NCBI GenBank assembly: GCA_036172245.1
Contig: JAYWIR010000056.1
Location: 744,001-808,000 of the forward strand
DNA: 64,000 nt
Direction: 5' to 3'
DNA from: Raillietiella orientalis
Taxonomy: Eukaryota
The translations under genes and the position numbers were made by a program. Each line of letters begins with the position of its first letter. Within the stretch, counting starts at the first letter, position 1. Below the pieces are notes generated by a model. The model saw nothing but the letters and a program-made list of their open reading frames with translations. It had not been told where the DNA came from and searched no databases. Shown piece by piece: positions 40,701 through 53,274 of the stretch.

Positions 40701-43700
40701 GGACGAAGAAACCATCCAAGACTCTCCTCCCTCCTTTCCACTCTTGCCTTCTTCTTCCTCTTCCTCTGCTTCCTTCTCCTCCTCCTCCTTCGGGCGATTG
40801 CAAGCCCCAGTTTCGGGAGGTCGCACTCCATCAATTGGCACCATCGTGGGCGGGTAGGTGAGAGGGCAGAATCCGTCGCCTCCGACGCCGCCACCTCCCA
40901 CGAGAAAAGGCGCGCGTTACCTCCTGCCGGAGGCTGGAAAGGAGAAGAAAAGGGAAGCATCTCGTGAGCTGCCGTCATCCTCCGCGCACGTGCCAGGTGG
41001 GCGATTCCCTTCGGTAGCTTTCGATCTTCCTTAGGTGGCTCGCTGTTGCTAGAAGGAACAGGGCCACGCGGGGAAGGAGCGGGAGCAGCGGGAGAGGAAT
41101 TCGGCGTCCCCAAGGACGCCGAAGACTTCGAGAAACCACGAGCTCGCGGCGCAAGGAGAAAGGGCGCATGCGGGACCTACAAAATTTCCCGCATTTGAGT
41201 CCCTGGTTCTTCTATAACTCCAGGTACTTCCGCTTCCTGGTGGCTGGAGAGGGATCCCGGGACAAAACGGCCTCTCGGGATCCCTGGTCAGATCTTCGAA
41301 GGTGCTCCGTTCTTAGAAGAGGAGGAAGGGAAGCGAAGGGCAACTATACTGCTGCCGAGCCCTTGCGCTGGTGGACCGCAGCGGTCACGCTGCACTCGCC
41401 GTCTACTGCGGTGCCTTCGGCAGCGTCCCACGCCTCGAGAGTGTCGGGACCAGTCGCCTCCGAAATGTCTCCTCTCCGAAGGAAACCGCGAGGAACGGCG
41501 CCACTTGGTCTCGAGGAAGGCTGACAAAGAGCTTCCGCGCCGCGAGGGCACCTCCCAGAGAGAAGGGGAACCATCGTCCTTGCGAGAGCCTTCTTCCGCG
41601 AACAGCCCCTTTCCGTGTGGCCGTGCGTTCGCGGTCGCCGGCGGCTTTCACGCGCAACCCGGAATCGAGTCTCCGCCCGCCCGAGGGAGTCTGCATCTGC
41701 ACCTCCGTCCTCTCCCGGGGAACTGCTGGCCGGTCGTGAAGGCGAGCGCATCTGGAAGCGATACTTGGACGGAACTCGTGGCAGAGAAAAGGGAAGTGCC
41801 GGACCGCTGCAGGGGAGGAAGAAGGTAGGTCTTCCAGCTCAGGCCGGACGGGCTCTTCCGCAAGCGATCCTTGAACGACCGCGAACGTGCCATTCTGCCT
41901 CACCCGAACTGGACTTGAGCCGGCGATCCGCACTTGGGCAGGCATCCATATGGGGAGCTGCAGGGTGGTCGTGGACCAGACGGGCAGCACGTGGGTCTCA
42001 TTGCCCTCCTCATGCTGGAACAGCACCCGGATGTCTCCAGGGTTACTCGAGCGGGGTTGCGTATCATAGCGGTAAAACCAGAATGACAGGCAGAGGGCGC
42101 CGCCGTCCTCCACGTGGATCTCCTTGGAAATCAGGCAGGCACTCATCCCCCAGTGCTCCTCGGCTGGCTGCTCGACGGAACAGAAGGATCCTGAAGAGGA
42201 GCGTCAGCGCATATGGGGCGCTCTAGGGCTTTTCCTTGCCATCTTCGCTGCCGAAGGTGTGGTCCAGGTGGAGGGAGGGGTGATTCTTCCCGGAGACGCG
42301 CTCCCAGCTCAGAGCGCACCATTTCGAATCGTAGTTGGAGTTCCTCCACCTACTCTGGGTCAGGAGCTTGCCCCCGTCCTCCTCCTTCTCGGGCCCCCTC
42401 CACCCGCACTCGTCCCCCTCGAAGTCGCAGTCCGTCTGCGCCGATATCATCCAGTGCGGAAGAGCTGGAAGAGAAGCGGGCGGACTTCCATCTTTCCCCC
42501 GGGTGAGCAGCGCGTGGTACCGGCACACATCCGGTTAGTCATAGAGATGTCATCAAGGGCGATGTCGCTCAGGTGTGACCTGCCGATCCTCCCCTCGAAA
42601 ATCAGCTGGGCACGCCAGCAGGTTCGACCCGTCGGACTCTCCGCCACTCACCGTGAACTCGTCCCGGTAGCGCAGGGTCACCTGCGCCGGGAACCAACCT
42701 CCTGGAACCTTCGTCTCCATGGACCAGACCAGTTTCATCCGCCCGTCGGCGTCTCTCACCAGGACCCGCAGAGAGCCCCCGCCCACACCCACCATGTGCG
42801 CCTGGAACCGCAGGCATCTCCCTTCTGGAAAAAACGCACGGGCGTTATCGGGCACGAGGGGAACGTGGCTGAGGCGGCGGAAGAGGAGAGCGAGAACCTC
42901 CTGCTTGTTCCTTCTCCGGGAAAGAGGACGCTGCGTTCCGCTCGCGCCCCTGGAGGGCGCAGCAGTTGCCACTCACCCAAGGCGTCGTCGCTGGCTGGAT
43001 CTCCTGGGATGACAGCCAGCAGCTGGGCTCTGTCCCCCGGGAGTGCAGGGAAAGCGCTGCGGAGTGACGCGAACCATCCCGAATCGGAGCTCCGGGAGTC
43101 GTGCCTCGGCGACGAATCTGGGAAATAACTGCCGCGGCTCTGCGGGAAGGTAAAGCAGCCCTAGGGGACTTCCTCCCCCTTCCGCTCTCACCAGCACCCA
43201 GTGGAGCTGATGGCCGCTTCGATCGCTGTGGTACATGCAGAGATCTCCGTCGTCGAAGCTACAGTGGCCGACGCATTCGGAGCGGCTCCGCACCTGCACG
43301 CCGTCGACGGCGAAGAGATTCCGGAGGTCCCAGTGGCTTTTGTGCAGCGTGCTGAGCTCGCCCTCGATGACCACCTGAGAGATGGCGCCGCGGTCGAGAG
43401 GAAGGAGCTGCGCGCGCAGCCGGTTCGCGCCCTCGGAACTCTCGGAGTCGGAATAGGGGTTGGTTCCAGGCGCGACCCCCAACCATGCCTTTCCCATATA
43501 CGCCTCTAGAAGCGATGCTAGGCTCTGTCCGTCTCCAAGGCTGCGGAGGAAGGACCCCGGAAGCGAGCAGCCTCTGCCTCTTGCAGCGCAGATCCGGGGA
43601 CGCTTCCTTCCTCCGAGCAAGGAGAACGTGACAGAAAGGCTGCTGGCGGACGGACTACAAAGCTCGCGCGCTTCCATGGGGCGGACGCCTCCGCACGTGC

Positions 43701-43905
43701 TCGAACAACCCTGTCCGAGGTGGGCCCATCAAAATCTCCAAAGCCGGAATCCCATAAGATCACGAAAATAAATATATATATATGTGATATAAATATATAT
43801 ACATTACAATAAATATATATACATTATATATATATATGTGTGTGTGTGCACCTGTGTCTGTGTGTACTTACATATCCATATATGCATATCCAGATATCTC
43901 TCTCT

Positions 43906-43962
<57 letters not shown>

Positions 43963-46900
43963 GGAGTCTTTCCCGGAGAGGCTGGCGGGTCCATCTCTTG
44001 CTCCCTCCTCAACCAAGTTTAGTCCCCTCCCTCGGGAAGAACGCCGTGGCCAAAAGCGGAGCGGCCACCCGCGAACGCAGTCGAGCGTGGCCGCTGGTCC
44101 AGCCACAGCACGTCTTTGTTAAAGTTTATTTTTTACTAAACCCCCCGGCGAAACCCGGGTGAAAATCGAGCGTGGTCGCTGCAGCTCGACTCTTCGTCTC
44201 TGCCGTCCCCGTCGCTCAGCGGAAGACGCCGCTGCTTTCAGTAGTCTTTCGTGTACACATAATATTAGTAATATGCTTATTATATATAAGAGATTATAAA
44301 ATGAATATACATGCTTATAAACATGCGCATATGAATACATATGTAGAAACATAAATACATTCACATATATGTGTGTGAGTGTGTGTATCAATATATATAT
44401 AAGTATTGATATATATACATACTGACATATATATATATTAGTACATGTATCAATAATACATATATAAATCAATATATACATATGCATGCATGTATTAATA
44501 TGTATCAATATATATATATATATTGATTATATATATAATATGATATATATGTGTGTCAGTATGCATATATATCAATACTTATATATATATTGATACACAC
44601 ACTCACACACATATATGTGAATGTATTTATGTTTCTACATATGTATTCATATGCGCATGTTTATAAGCATGTATATTCATTTTATAATCTCTTATATGTA
44701 ATAAGCATATTATTAATTATACTTATAACATATATTTGGACGTATGCTTATGTATATATGTTAAAATACTATTACTATTTATAATAGGTATGTGAATAAA
44801 TATTAATAGTATGTTAAAAGAAATTTGTATATTAATCTATAAATAGATATGTATATTAACATATGCGATAAACATGCACATTTTTTTAATAACTCTAAAA
44901 ATACATATTAATCTATATATTGAAATATATAATAAAAATATTATTACATTTATTAATACTAGATAGGTTAGAAATATAAATGCATATGTGGGCTAAAATA
45001 ATATTACTATCTATGATATCTATGTAAATAAATATTAATAACTATGTATGTTGAAAGGAATTTGCATACTAATCTATACGTAAGTATCTACTACATCAAT
45101 GAGCGTAATGAGTATATGTATTCATCTTTTACGATCTTTCGGGATTTCAAGCCGTAACTCTCCACCTGATTGGCGGACGCCTCTCCTCCTCGATTGAGGC
45201 GTTCTACACGACCGAGGAAGAGGTCATGAATCCGAAGCCCGTGGCATTTGCGCCAGGAAGCTCGCCTGGCGTGCCAGCTCGTGGCTCTCCGGGAAGAGGG
45301 GTTGACCCTTTGGGCCCACGCCACGAACGTGTGAACTGGATCCGAAAAAGGCGACTGCAAAACGGCCAGCCCTCCTCAGCCCTCTACGACATTCTAGCAG
45401 GGGTCCCAGTAAAAGGCGGTCGCTCCTAGCGGCTTCCCACAGAGACCTGGTTGCGTCGCGAATTCCAAGAGTCCCCCCTGCGTGTATCTGGGATCTCAGA
45501 CTTGCAGAACCTGCCTTCCTTCGTTGGCTTGGAAACGGGAACTGCACCCGACTTCTCTGAGGGAAGTCTCAGAGCCCTTCGGAGGCGTGCGCTTCCCTGC
45601 GCCAGCGCGCGAGGAGCATAGCATCTCTTCCGAGAGCACGTAAGAGCGGACCGAGAGAGCCGCACTGCGGGGTCGGCAAGGTCGTCTCATGGGAGAATGC
45701 CAGCGAACAACGCGCCAACCAAAACATCTCGTCCTGCGGGCAGCCCCACTGGCCCACGACGCTGGGCACCTGCCAAGTGCTAATGACTACCGGGAAGTAG
45801 ACTCGACCTCCAGGGTGATACCGCCAGAGATCCCTACCAACCGGCTCACCTTCCTCTGTGGGAGGAGCAAAGGCTTAGATGTCCGCGAGATGCCTCCCTT
45901 CTCGTCGGTTTCCAACGCGACGTTTGCACTTACCATGTGAGGTTCCGCATGTCTCCATAGAAACTGAACTGTCTTCCATTTCCCATTGGTCGTATCGCGG
46001 GTCTTCCAGAGGATTTTCTCGTTCGTGTTGCGTGTTTCGAGAAGCACCACCCTCAGGGAGGATGCCCTGATTCCGATGGAGGCGTACCTGGAAGGGAGGT
46101 GTCGGTAAGCAGCTGCTTGCGTGCTGCAGCAGGGGCGGCATCCGAAATACATCGCGTGATCGTTTCGGTCGAGCCATCAGAGCTGCTCTCCCTTAGGCGT
46201 GTGGTCACCGTGGTTCTCCTCCTCCTCCACAGAGCGCTCCGAGAGATCGAAGCCAGAAAGGCCGCTACTGAAAGGCTGGGGATCTGTAGGAGATCGCAAC
46301 GCCCGTGCGCCCTTGAAGAGGAAGTGCAGCGGCGCCGCTCTTTTCGGCGTCACGGCTTGCGGGAACGAGGGGGAGGAGGAAGGCAGGAACTCCCGGACAG
46401 CGGCCGAAGACCTTGGATCGCCCTGCTCACTGCCCTCACCAGCTCCGACAAGGCGGAAGAGCACCGCGTGTTCTCTCAAGACCCTCTTAGGTCCGGCAGA
46501 GGAGCACGTGCATGGGAGTGCCTCCAACTGAACGCGCATGGAGAAGGAAAGTTTATCTTTGAGCGAGATGGATAACTTTTGGAAAGGCACCCCCCTGGTC
46601 TCTTGCGAGGACCCAACTGCGTTTGTCTGAGGGACTGTGGGTTCGAAACCCCGAACGATCACAATCCCACATGTCCGAATGGCGAAAGATCATAAACATC
46701 CATGTTCATTGTGCATATTAATGCATTTATTTATAGAGAGAGCAATATATATTATAACGATTATAGTATAAATATACATGCATTTGTTTATTATGAATAT
46801 TAATACATATATGGATATATATTCATATGCACATTAAGCAGGAACGTCTTTCACATGTATATTTGTTAATATTTCTACTGATAACATACTATCGTTAATA

Positions 46901-47802
46901 GTAATGTGACCTTGACACGGAAAGATTATAAAAAATAAATATATGTCAACATACATAATAAAAATACATATTGTTTATATTTGTCATATTTGTTTAATCG
47001 TTTATATGTACGTTAATAATCTATCAATGCATATTGTGAATTATATTAATTCTAGGTATGTGGATCGGTTTTTATAAATAAGCATATCAAAATATTAATC
47101 TGTGTGTCGACATATTCATACAATGAATTCATGTGTTTCGTTTCTCATGATCTTTCGAGTATTCAGCGTTGGAGATTTCGATGGCTCCCGGTTCCGAGGA
47201 AACCTCGGTCGCCTGGCAACGCGCGCGGTCTCCGTTAGCGGAGGAGGCACGTGCTTCTGCGGCCCCTTCGGGTAGCCACGCAAATTCCGTGGGGAGATCC
47301 CTGCTGGCCGTACCCCGAGAGGATGGCACGTGTGCGCCGTACGTTCATTTCGTCGTTGTGTCCGAGGGGGTGCGGATTCGCGCTCGAGGGAACGGCGGAC
47401 GAGTAGCCTGGCAACCCACGGAACCGGGAGTCTCACGGAGCTGTTTCCCGGGAAGGCTGGCGGGTCCGCTCCCTTGTTTGTCAGAAAAGTTTCGTCCCCG
47501 CCCACGGGAAGAACGACGTGGCCAAAAGCGGAGCGGCCAACCGCGAACGCAGTCGAGCGTGGCCGCTCCGGCTCGACTCTTTGTCTCTGCCGTCCCTGTC
47601 GCTCAGCGGGAGGCGCCGTTGCTATCAGTAGTCTTTCGTGTACGCATTACCGCTCCGCTGGAAGATGGCGGAGTGGGTGGTAGGGCCCACCTGAACTGGA
47701 AGCAGTGAGAAGCGTTGCGGTCGTCAAACTGCAGTTCTCGGCTTACGAGACGGGCGATACCGCTGTGAAAATCAGGTGACGTTACGAACACTCCTTGCGA
47801 AC
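37766..47802 (-). CDS. Tandem MAM-domain protein (four MAM repeats, MAMDC2/MALRD1-like architecture); 5' end unresolved, candidate signal-peptide exon at 50498-50445
   Basis: Exons 47802-47691, 46087-45934, 43374-43192, 43139-42977, 42824-42652, 42605-42521, 42464-42240, 42190-41904, 40099-40012, 39958-39797, 38269-38061, 38005-37766 join in phase with no stops. MAM motifs: CSFDDGDLC, CDFEGDECGW, CNFDYDEDLCGY, DHTFGSEDGSF, ARLSSP, CLSFWFY, LIFEG...DIALDDI, YAIDDIKI. Confidence 0.88.
38389..39131. mobile_element. AT-rich MITE-like element A (in MAM-gene intron)
   Basis: Imperfect terminal inverted repeats AATCCCGAAAGATTATAAAAATAAATAT ... ATATTCATTTTTAATAATCGTTCGGGGT bound an abrupt AT-rich island. 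Confidence 0.6.
43908..43957. repeat. (TA)n microsatellite
   Basis: Uninterrupted TA run of about 50 bp. Confidence 0.95.
44097..44165 (+). mobile_element. 69-bp extreme 3' end of the LINE family, inserted with a 16-bp TSD
   Basis: TCGAGCGTGG(C/T)CGCTG at 44081-44096 and 44166-44181. The insert ends TAAACCCCCCGGCGAAACCCGGGTGAAAA. An empty-site paralogue lies at 47553-47567. Confidence 0.85.
44269..44712. repeat. Near-perfect inverted repeat, arms ~44269-44434 and ~44547-44712
   Basis: The arms are reverse complements with only a few mismatches. The ORF track shows essentially the same peptide on both strands (44119..44508 - and 44551..44784 +). Confidence 0.92.
46677..47164. mobile_element. 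AT-rich MITE-like element C
   Basis: Ends GAATGGCGAAAGATCATAAA and ATGATCTTTCGAGTATTC, plus an internal end-like copy GGAAAGATTATAAAAATAAATAT at ~46919. No TSD seen. Confidence 0.6.
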
Positions 47803-48469
47803 CTGTGGATGGATGTCTTCCCCCTCAGGCCAAGGATTTCTTACCGTAGCAGAAATCAGAAGAACCTCTAGGAGCTTCGGGAAGTTCTAAGAAACTGCTG
47901 ACGCCTGCAACAATCCATCTGTTGCCTGTTTGCGGAGACCTCCAGAAACAGGACTCTGAGAATTTGGAGGTATCCTTGTCTCCACAGACGCAAGCCACTA
48001 TGAGACAGATATCATTAGTCCACATGTGGTCGCTTAAAAGCTGCTTTCTTACTTTCCGGTCTCTCGTGACCATAGTAGGCGTGAGCGAAGGTTTCATTTG
48101 CATCGTACCCTAGGAATCTGGCGATATGGACCTACGGAAAAGCTCTAAGAAGGAAGCAGAGATATCTGGAACGTTTCCGAGCGCCGAGAAACAAATACGC
48201 ATCCTGATCTCGGCGCAAACCTGGGTTCTCTCGAAGAAATCGACATCAGTTGTGTGCAGCATCCCGGTGGCCGAAGCTTGGAGGAAGAAACCCTACATCT
48301 TCTCTACTCCAGAGCTCTTTGGTATAAGCGAGGAGACGTTGAGTGACTGTTGTGGGGCAAAGAACTTTCTGGAAACCTGATGGAGTTGCTAGGTGCTGGT
48401 TAGATGTGAGGCAGTGCCCATCAGCATTCCCAAGGCTGACAATTCCCGAGGATCCATTAATATGGATCT

Positions 48470-49110
48470 TCTGGAAATGGAAGGAATTCTGGAGGAATCC
48501 CTCTGTCGTCACTGCTTCCCTTCCAGCTTTTCTTTGCTTTAGGTTTTTTTCCTTTTTTCGTTAGTCTGTCGAGTGCTAAAGAACTGTTTGCCTCCTCAGA
48601 GGACGCTCACAGAGCTTTCACACTCCCTGAGGGTGCGTGTAACTCTTAAAGTTATAGGATAATCTCATAGGGACCACCACCCTATGAATCCAGAAAGGTT
48701 CCGGAGGAAGGAGTCCGTTCATCTTACGCTTAAGAGGGGAGGGAACTCTTCCTTATTCTTTCCGGAGGGTTCTGCTTTGCTGACATTAGTCTCCCCTTTC
48801 CTGAGGGACCACTGGCAGAGAACCACTCCTTTTGGGTTCCTCCTCTGAAGAGAACCCAAAAGAGACGCTTCCCAATTTCTTTGAAGAGCGCTCTCCAAAG
48901 AGAGCAGCGGAGAGGCAACCCCCGAAGACGGTATCAACCAGTTCCATGGTACTCGATGGAGGATCATCCCGATAGGGGGATGGCTCGATTTTCGCAACCG
49001 GAGAGGAGCCCGAAAGAAACCGGCTCCTTGGTTCCTGGAAGGACCCCAGAGGGTCAACTTCCAATCTCAGTCGGTCAAGGAAGCATCCGGTTTCTGGTTT
49101 CCACCAGCGC
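48470..49110 (+). repeat. Diverged direct repeat, copy 2 (paralogue of 35290-35990), preceded by a LINE C-terminal remnant from ~47900
   Basis: Same colinear blocks as copy 1; a T-rich tract follows a Trp-rich ORF2-like end (WIFWKWKEFW). Confidence 0.75.
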
Positions 49111-49239
49111 TGCCCTCCCTAAGGGAGCACATGAGCAGCAGCCTTACGGCTAGATGGGAGGTTATGTGGAAAGGATCTCCGGAAGGAGAAAAGGACTGAG
49201 CGATTGGACGGCGGGCCAGCTCACTGACGCTACGACCCC

Positions 49240-49820
49240 GAGTGCTCGACCTCGTGGACTTTTGCGCTGGGGCTTGCTACTGGGTATTTCGGAGGAAGAC
49301 CTACAGTGGTCCCGGTGCTCATGAACACCCGTACCCTCTCCTTAAAGTGGCAGGGGTCGGCATTGATGCTGCTGCATTGGGGCCTCCCGTGCAACTCCCG
49401 TCGGCATCTGTGGACACGGTGTGTGTGTGAACCCAAACTGTGCAAGGTGTGGGAAGCGGGAATCCTTCCCGCACCCCCTAGTGAACTGTGTTGCCCTCCG
49501 GCCCCCTTGGGAACGCTTGGCCACGACTCTTGGAACCCCCGGAGGCAACGCCAGAGACGTAAAACACCTCTTGCTACGCGACACCCTCATGCCGTCCGCA
49601 TCCCTAGCAGCAGTTTGCTGCCTACGCAGGATCATGGCCACATGGAGCAACGCCAGAGAAGGCCCAGAACGACAGGGACGCCATCTATTTTGCTGTACCC
49701 TTCATGGGGACAGCGTCAAGATGGCATCATCGGGGAACCATAAAACAGGGACTTGCAGGCATCCTTACAAGGATGCAGCGGACGCCCTCCAGCACACAGT
49801 GATTCCTTTCCAAGAGTAGG
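49240..49820 (+). mobile_element. LINE ORF2 C-terminal fragment (copy D)
   Basis: LKWQGSALMLLHWGLPC, PNCARCGKRESFPHPLVNCVALRPPW (zf-RVT-like) and PSASLAAVCCLRRIMATWSNAR align with copies A and B. Confidence 0.8.
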
Positions 49821-50799
49821 TGACGAGCGCTATACGGAAACGCGTACGTATTTTGTACCGTAAACAGAGGCTGCAGCATTCTTTGGGATTGCCGTGGAAG
49901 CACGCGGGCGGGACCGGGAGGGAAATGCTCATCTTCTGCGGGAGGAGCAGCCGATACTTTTTGTCCCGGTCCATTCCCAATTGTCATCTGCTACCCCTCA
50001 TCCTCCCTTCATAGCAGCAAGCTGAAGGTAAATACCGACAAAAGCAGTAGGAACGCCTTGAGAGTGCGTGGCCACACCGATTCCTGTAGGTGGCCTTAGG
50101 GCTTCTTATTCTGTAGAGATGAAGAAGCCCTAATGCCACCCACATGAATAGTTTGGAGAAAAGGGTGCAACCGCTAGAGGGCAAATCGCCAGGGGATGGG
50201 TGGGGATGGCAACGTCTTCCGTTGGCGGAAGCGGAAGAGCAGGCGGAACTACCAGTAGGGTCGGCGCGTAGAGTCTTCGACTTGAAAGGTGCTTCTTGAA
50301 GCAAGGAGTCTCGCGCTCGAGTTGGCAGCGGGCGGGGGGGAGGGGTCGAAGGAGTGGGACGCGTGGAAACTGCGCCGCCATCTCGTCCACGCGGTGGAGG
50401 GATGGCAAAGAGGTCGCCCTAGAGGCCGCCGATCCTTCACTCACCTTTCCGTCCGCCGACAGCAGGAAGCACAGCAGGAAGGGCACGGTCACCTTCATCC
50501 TGTCTGAGCGAGAGGAGGAGGTAAGTCACGCAACACCGGTGAGGAATGCGAGGAAGAGTCGTCCGACTCACTCCTGAGGCGGATGACTTCCTGCTGTGCT
50601 GACATGCACCGATATGAGACAGGCGCGGTGCGGCTGGCTCTCAGACCTCCGTCGAGAGGGAATCCAGTTGTCAAGAGTTCCTAGAAGACCGGAAACCGCT
50701 AGCACTCCTGCTGAAGCAGCGACCACCCGAGGAGGTCGTCCCGCGTTCATGAGCAAAGCGCCCTCCTCTTCCACAAAAACGCCCTCGCAACACGGGAAC

Positions 50800-53274
50800 C
50801 AACGTCAGCAAAAGCGTGCTTCTCGGATGCTTCCTGCAGTACGGGTGTCTTCGCAGCATTGAATTTCCTGCAAAGGTCGCTGCGAAATTGCCTCCGGTAG
50901 CATCTTCGGGAGCGCCATTCTCCTCGTAACGTCGAGGAGAAGCAACACGCTCTCGAAGCGGATGGGGGATCTCTTGGAACCTCTAACGCCAAGAGTTGGT
51001 GAGGCTCTCGGATTACCGGCAGTGCTGCTGAAGTTCACGGAGCCGTGAGAACCAGCGCTGGCTGCTAGAGGCAGATAAAACTTCAAGGACGAGCCGGTCA
51101 CCGGAGACGCTTGACCGGCGGCCGTTCTTTTTCGGTCCAGCACGTTCGTCTTTTCGGTCGTGCTCTGATGGGATTCGGTTGATGGGATTCGGAAAACGTG
51201 ACAGTGAAGGGGAGGAGGAGGTTGAATGCGTAACGTCGACCACCACCAGGGTCTCCTGGTGCAGCGATTTCCTTGCAGGCCGTGCACCCGCCGCTGCGAT
51301 GTGTTAGTCAGGCGCAGCCGTCTGAGGCAGTCGCGGATCGAGGGTGGAGGGGGTCTGGTCGTCGCAGTGAGCTTGGCTCATCGACGAGCAGCCGCCTTCT
51401 TCTTCTCTGATGCGCCCTCGAGAGGGATTTGGGACATGAGGGAGTTCAGCGGCAGCTGCGTGCGCCTCAGAAAAAGCCAGGTCAAATTTGGGCCGTCTGT
51501 CGCCGGTGCGATCCCGTTCTCTGATCCTTCGATGCCGAAGACACAACCCCAGCAGAGAGATCGAACCCATCCTGGGGTGGTCATTTCTGGAGATGGCCAT
51601 CTCTCGACTGATCTGCTCCGAGAGAAGACGGGTTAGGCGCCGAGACTCCGCCCGTGCGCGCTCATCTCGCTTGTCCTCAGTCTGTGCCTACATCTTTACT
51701 CCCACTCCGTCAGATGACAGACGTCTCCACGTCTCGAGTGCTTTTCTGGGGCATACGCGACGTTGACGCTTTGAAGGATCTGTAGGTGGCTGGAACGATA
51801 TACATTCCCTCCGCGCCTCTCCTGTCCTTTCAGTAGCTCCGCCAGGGAACCGCTGCACACTTCATCTCCTTTTTTCCAGGAGAAAAGCGCCATCCCGAGG
51901 AAGGAGAAGGGCACCACGGTATCAGGGGAAGTCTGAGGGTCGCCAGATGCGCGTCCTGACTGCCCCGTACGTGCTCCCGCACTCTCTCTTCCCAATTGGT
52001 CCTTCCTGCGGCGGCCACCGGGTCACCCACGTTCCTCCGTTTCGCTCCGGTCATGGAGGGTGCAAGAGCCATGATGTCTTCCTACCTCCAGTGACTGGCA
52101 GGGCAAGATTCCTCCCCTCCCTCAGCCCTGTTCCTTCTCCCGTCGAACGTCCTCCACCAGCGATGTCTCCAGGAGCGGAATTTATTGTAGCTTCTCTTCA
52201 AGCTGAAAACGCCGCGAGCCCGCCCGGGACGAGCGACATCAGAGACACCCCCGACCACTCTCCAGCCAGGAAATGTACAGAGACATCCCCGCCGTGATAG
52301 TCTCATGCATCAAGCTGCCACCACCCATCAGCCGCACCGCCATCTTCGCACGGCGCGGGGACCTCCTGGAAGCAGATACGTCCGGAGGCATCGCGTCTGG
52401 AGGCACAGAGAGCTCCGGTCCGCGCGGACGGGTGACCACTCAAGGCGAACTTCTTTCGCAGGTGGTCACCTTCCTCCTCCTCCGTCCCGCCTTTCCCCAG
52501 ACTGCACCCCGGTTCGATCCCGAGGCGTGGTCTCCCAAGGTAGGAAAAGCTCCGTCGCTTCCTCGGCGACCCCCACGGCGGGGATGCCAACCGTCAGTCG
52601 ACTTGTCCCTTGGCCACTCTCCACCCCTTGAGGAAGTAGGGCTGGTCACACCCGACGTCCTCTGGAGATCCACCAACGCCGTCTCGTGGGATCCACCTCA
52701 CGGAATCCGTCGGCCCTTTGGGAAGGAACTTCCCGGAAGCGTCTACACAGAGACTGGCTGCTGCTCTTCTGCACGATGGGACGCTGCTGAGGATGGAGAC
52801 GAGCCCAGAGGGAGGCTGACTTCGGTTGAGCCGACTCTCTTCCACAGGGTCGACCGAGGACCGATCCTGGGAATGCGACCGGCTGGCTCTGCGGGGAGGA
52901 GCGTTGCCATGGAGATCCGGAGACCAGGATTCCGGCGAGGTCTTCCCTCGGAACCTTCGCCACTGTCCTGCTCTCCCGGGAACTGCCCCTCCCCTGGCCA
53001 GGGTCTCCAGCGAGGTGCCCTCCAACACACAGTGATTCCTTCCCGAACCCCCTCTTTCCTCCTTTCATCTTTTTTGACTGTTGTTTTTGTTTTGTTTCTC
53101 TCTTTTTTTTTGCTTTCCCTACCTGTGTGCTGACGAGGCGCACCCTACTGGCCTGCGTGCCAGATCCTGGCAGGTTCATTTTCGCATTCATAAGTAAGGT
53201 GGCAGTATCAAACATCCTGCCATAGAATGTAGGTTTATTTTAGAAATAAACGCCCCGGCGTGACCGGGTATCAA
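50800..53274 (+). mobile_element. Degenerate LINE ORF2 plus 3' tail (copy E)
   Basis: RT-end remnants (SCVRLRKSQV, THPGVVIS); 3' tail with CTGCGT stem-loop 53148-53163, AATAAA 53245-50 and terminal hairpin. The 5' boundary is approximate. Confidence 0.65.

Larger units (their letters stand above)
43747..45148. mobile_element. AT-rich MITE-like element B carrying a captured GC-rich fragment
   Basis: Ends GAATCCCATAAGATCACGAAAATAAAT and ATTCATCTTTTACGATCTTTCGGGATTTC. AAGCCG lies on both flanks (43741-46, 45149-54), a candidate TSD. Confidence 0.65.

Noticed and set aside
45787..45870. Extra MAM exon (ITLEVES)
   Set aside because: Hits a stop immediately, whereas 45934 splices cleanly in phase to 43374.
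46600..46660. tRNA or tRNA-derived SINE (GGTTCGAAACC B-box)
   Set aside because: No A-box or cloverleaf could be built.
53129..53170. Hammerhead ribozyme (CTGACGA core)
   Set aside because: No GAAA after the stem, and the core is not conserved in the paralogous tails.
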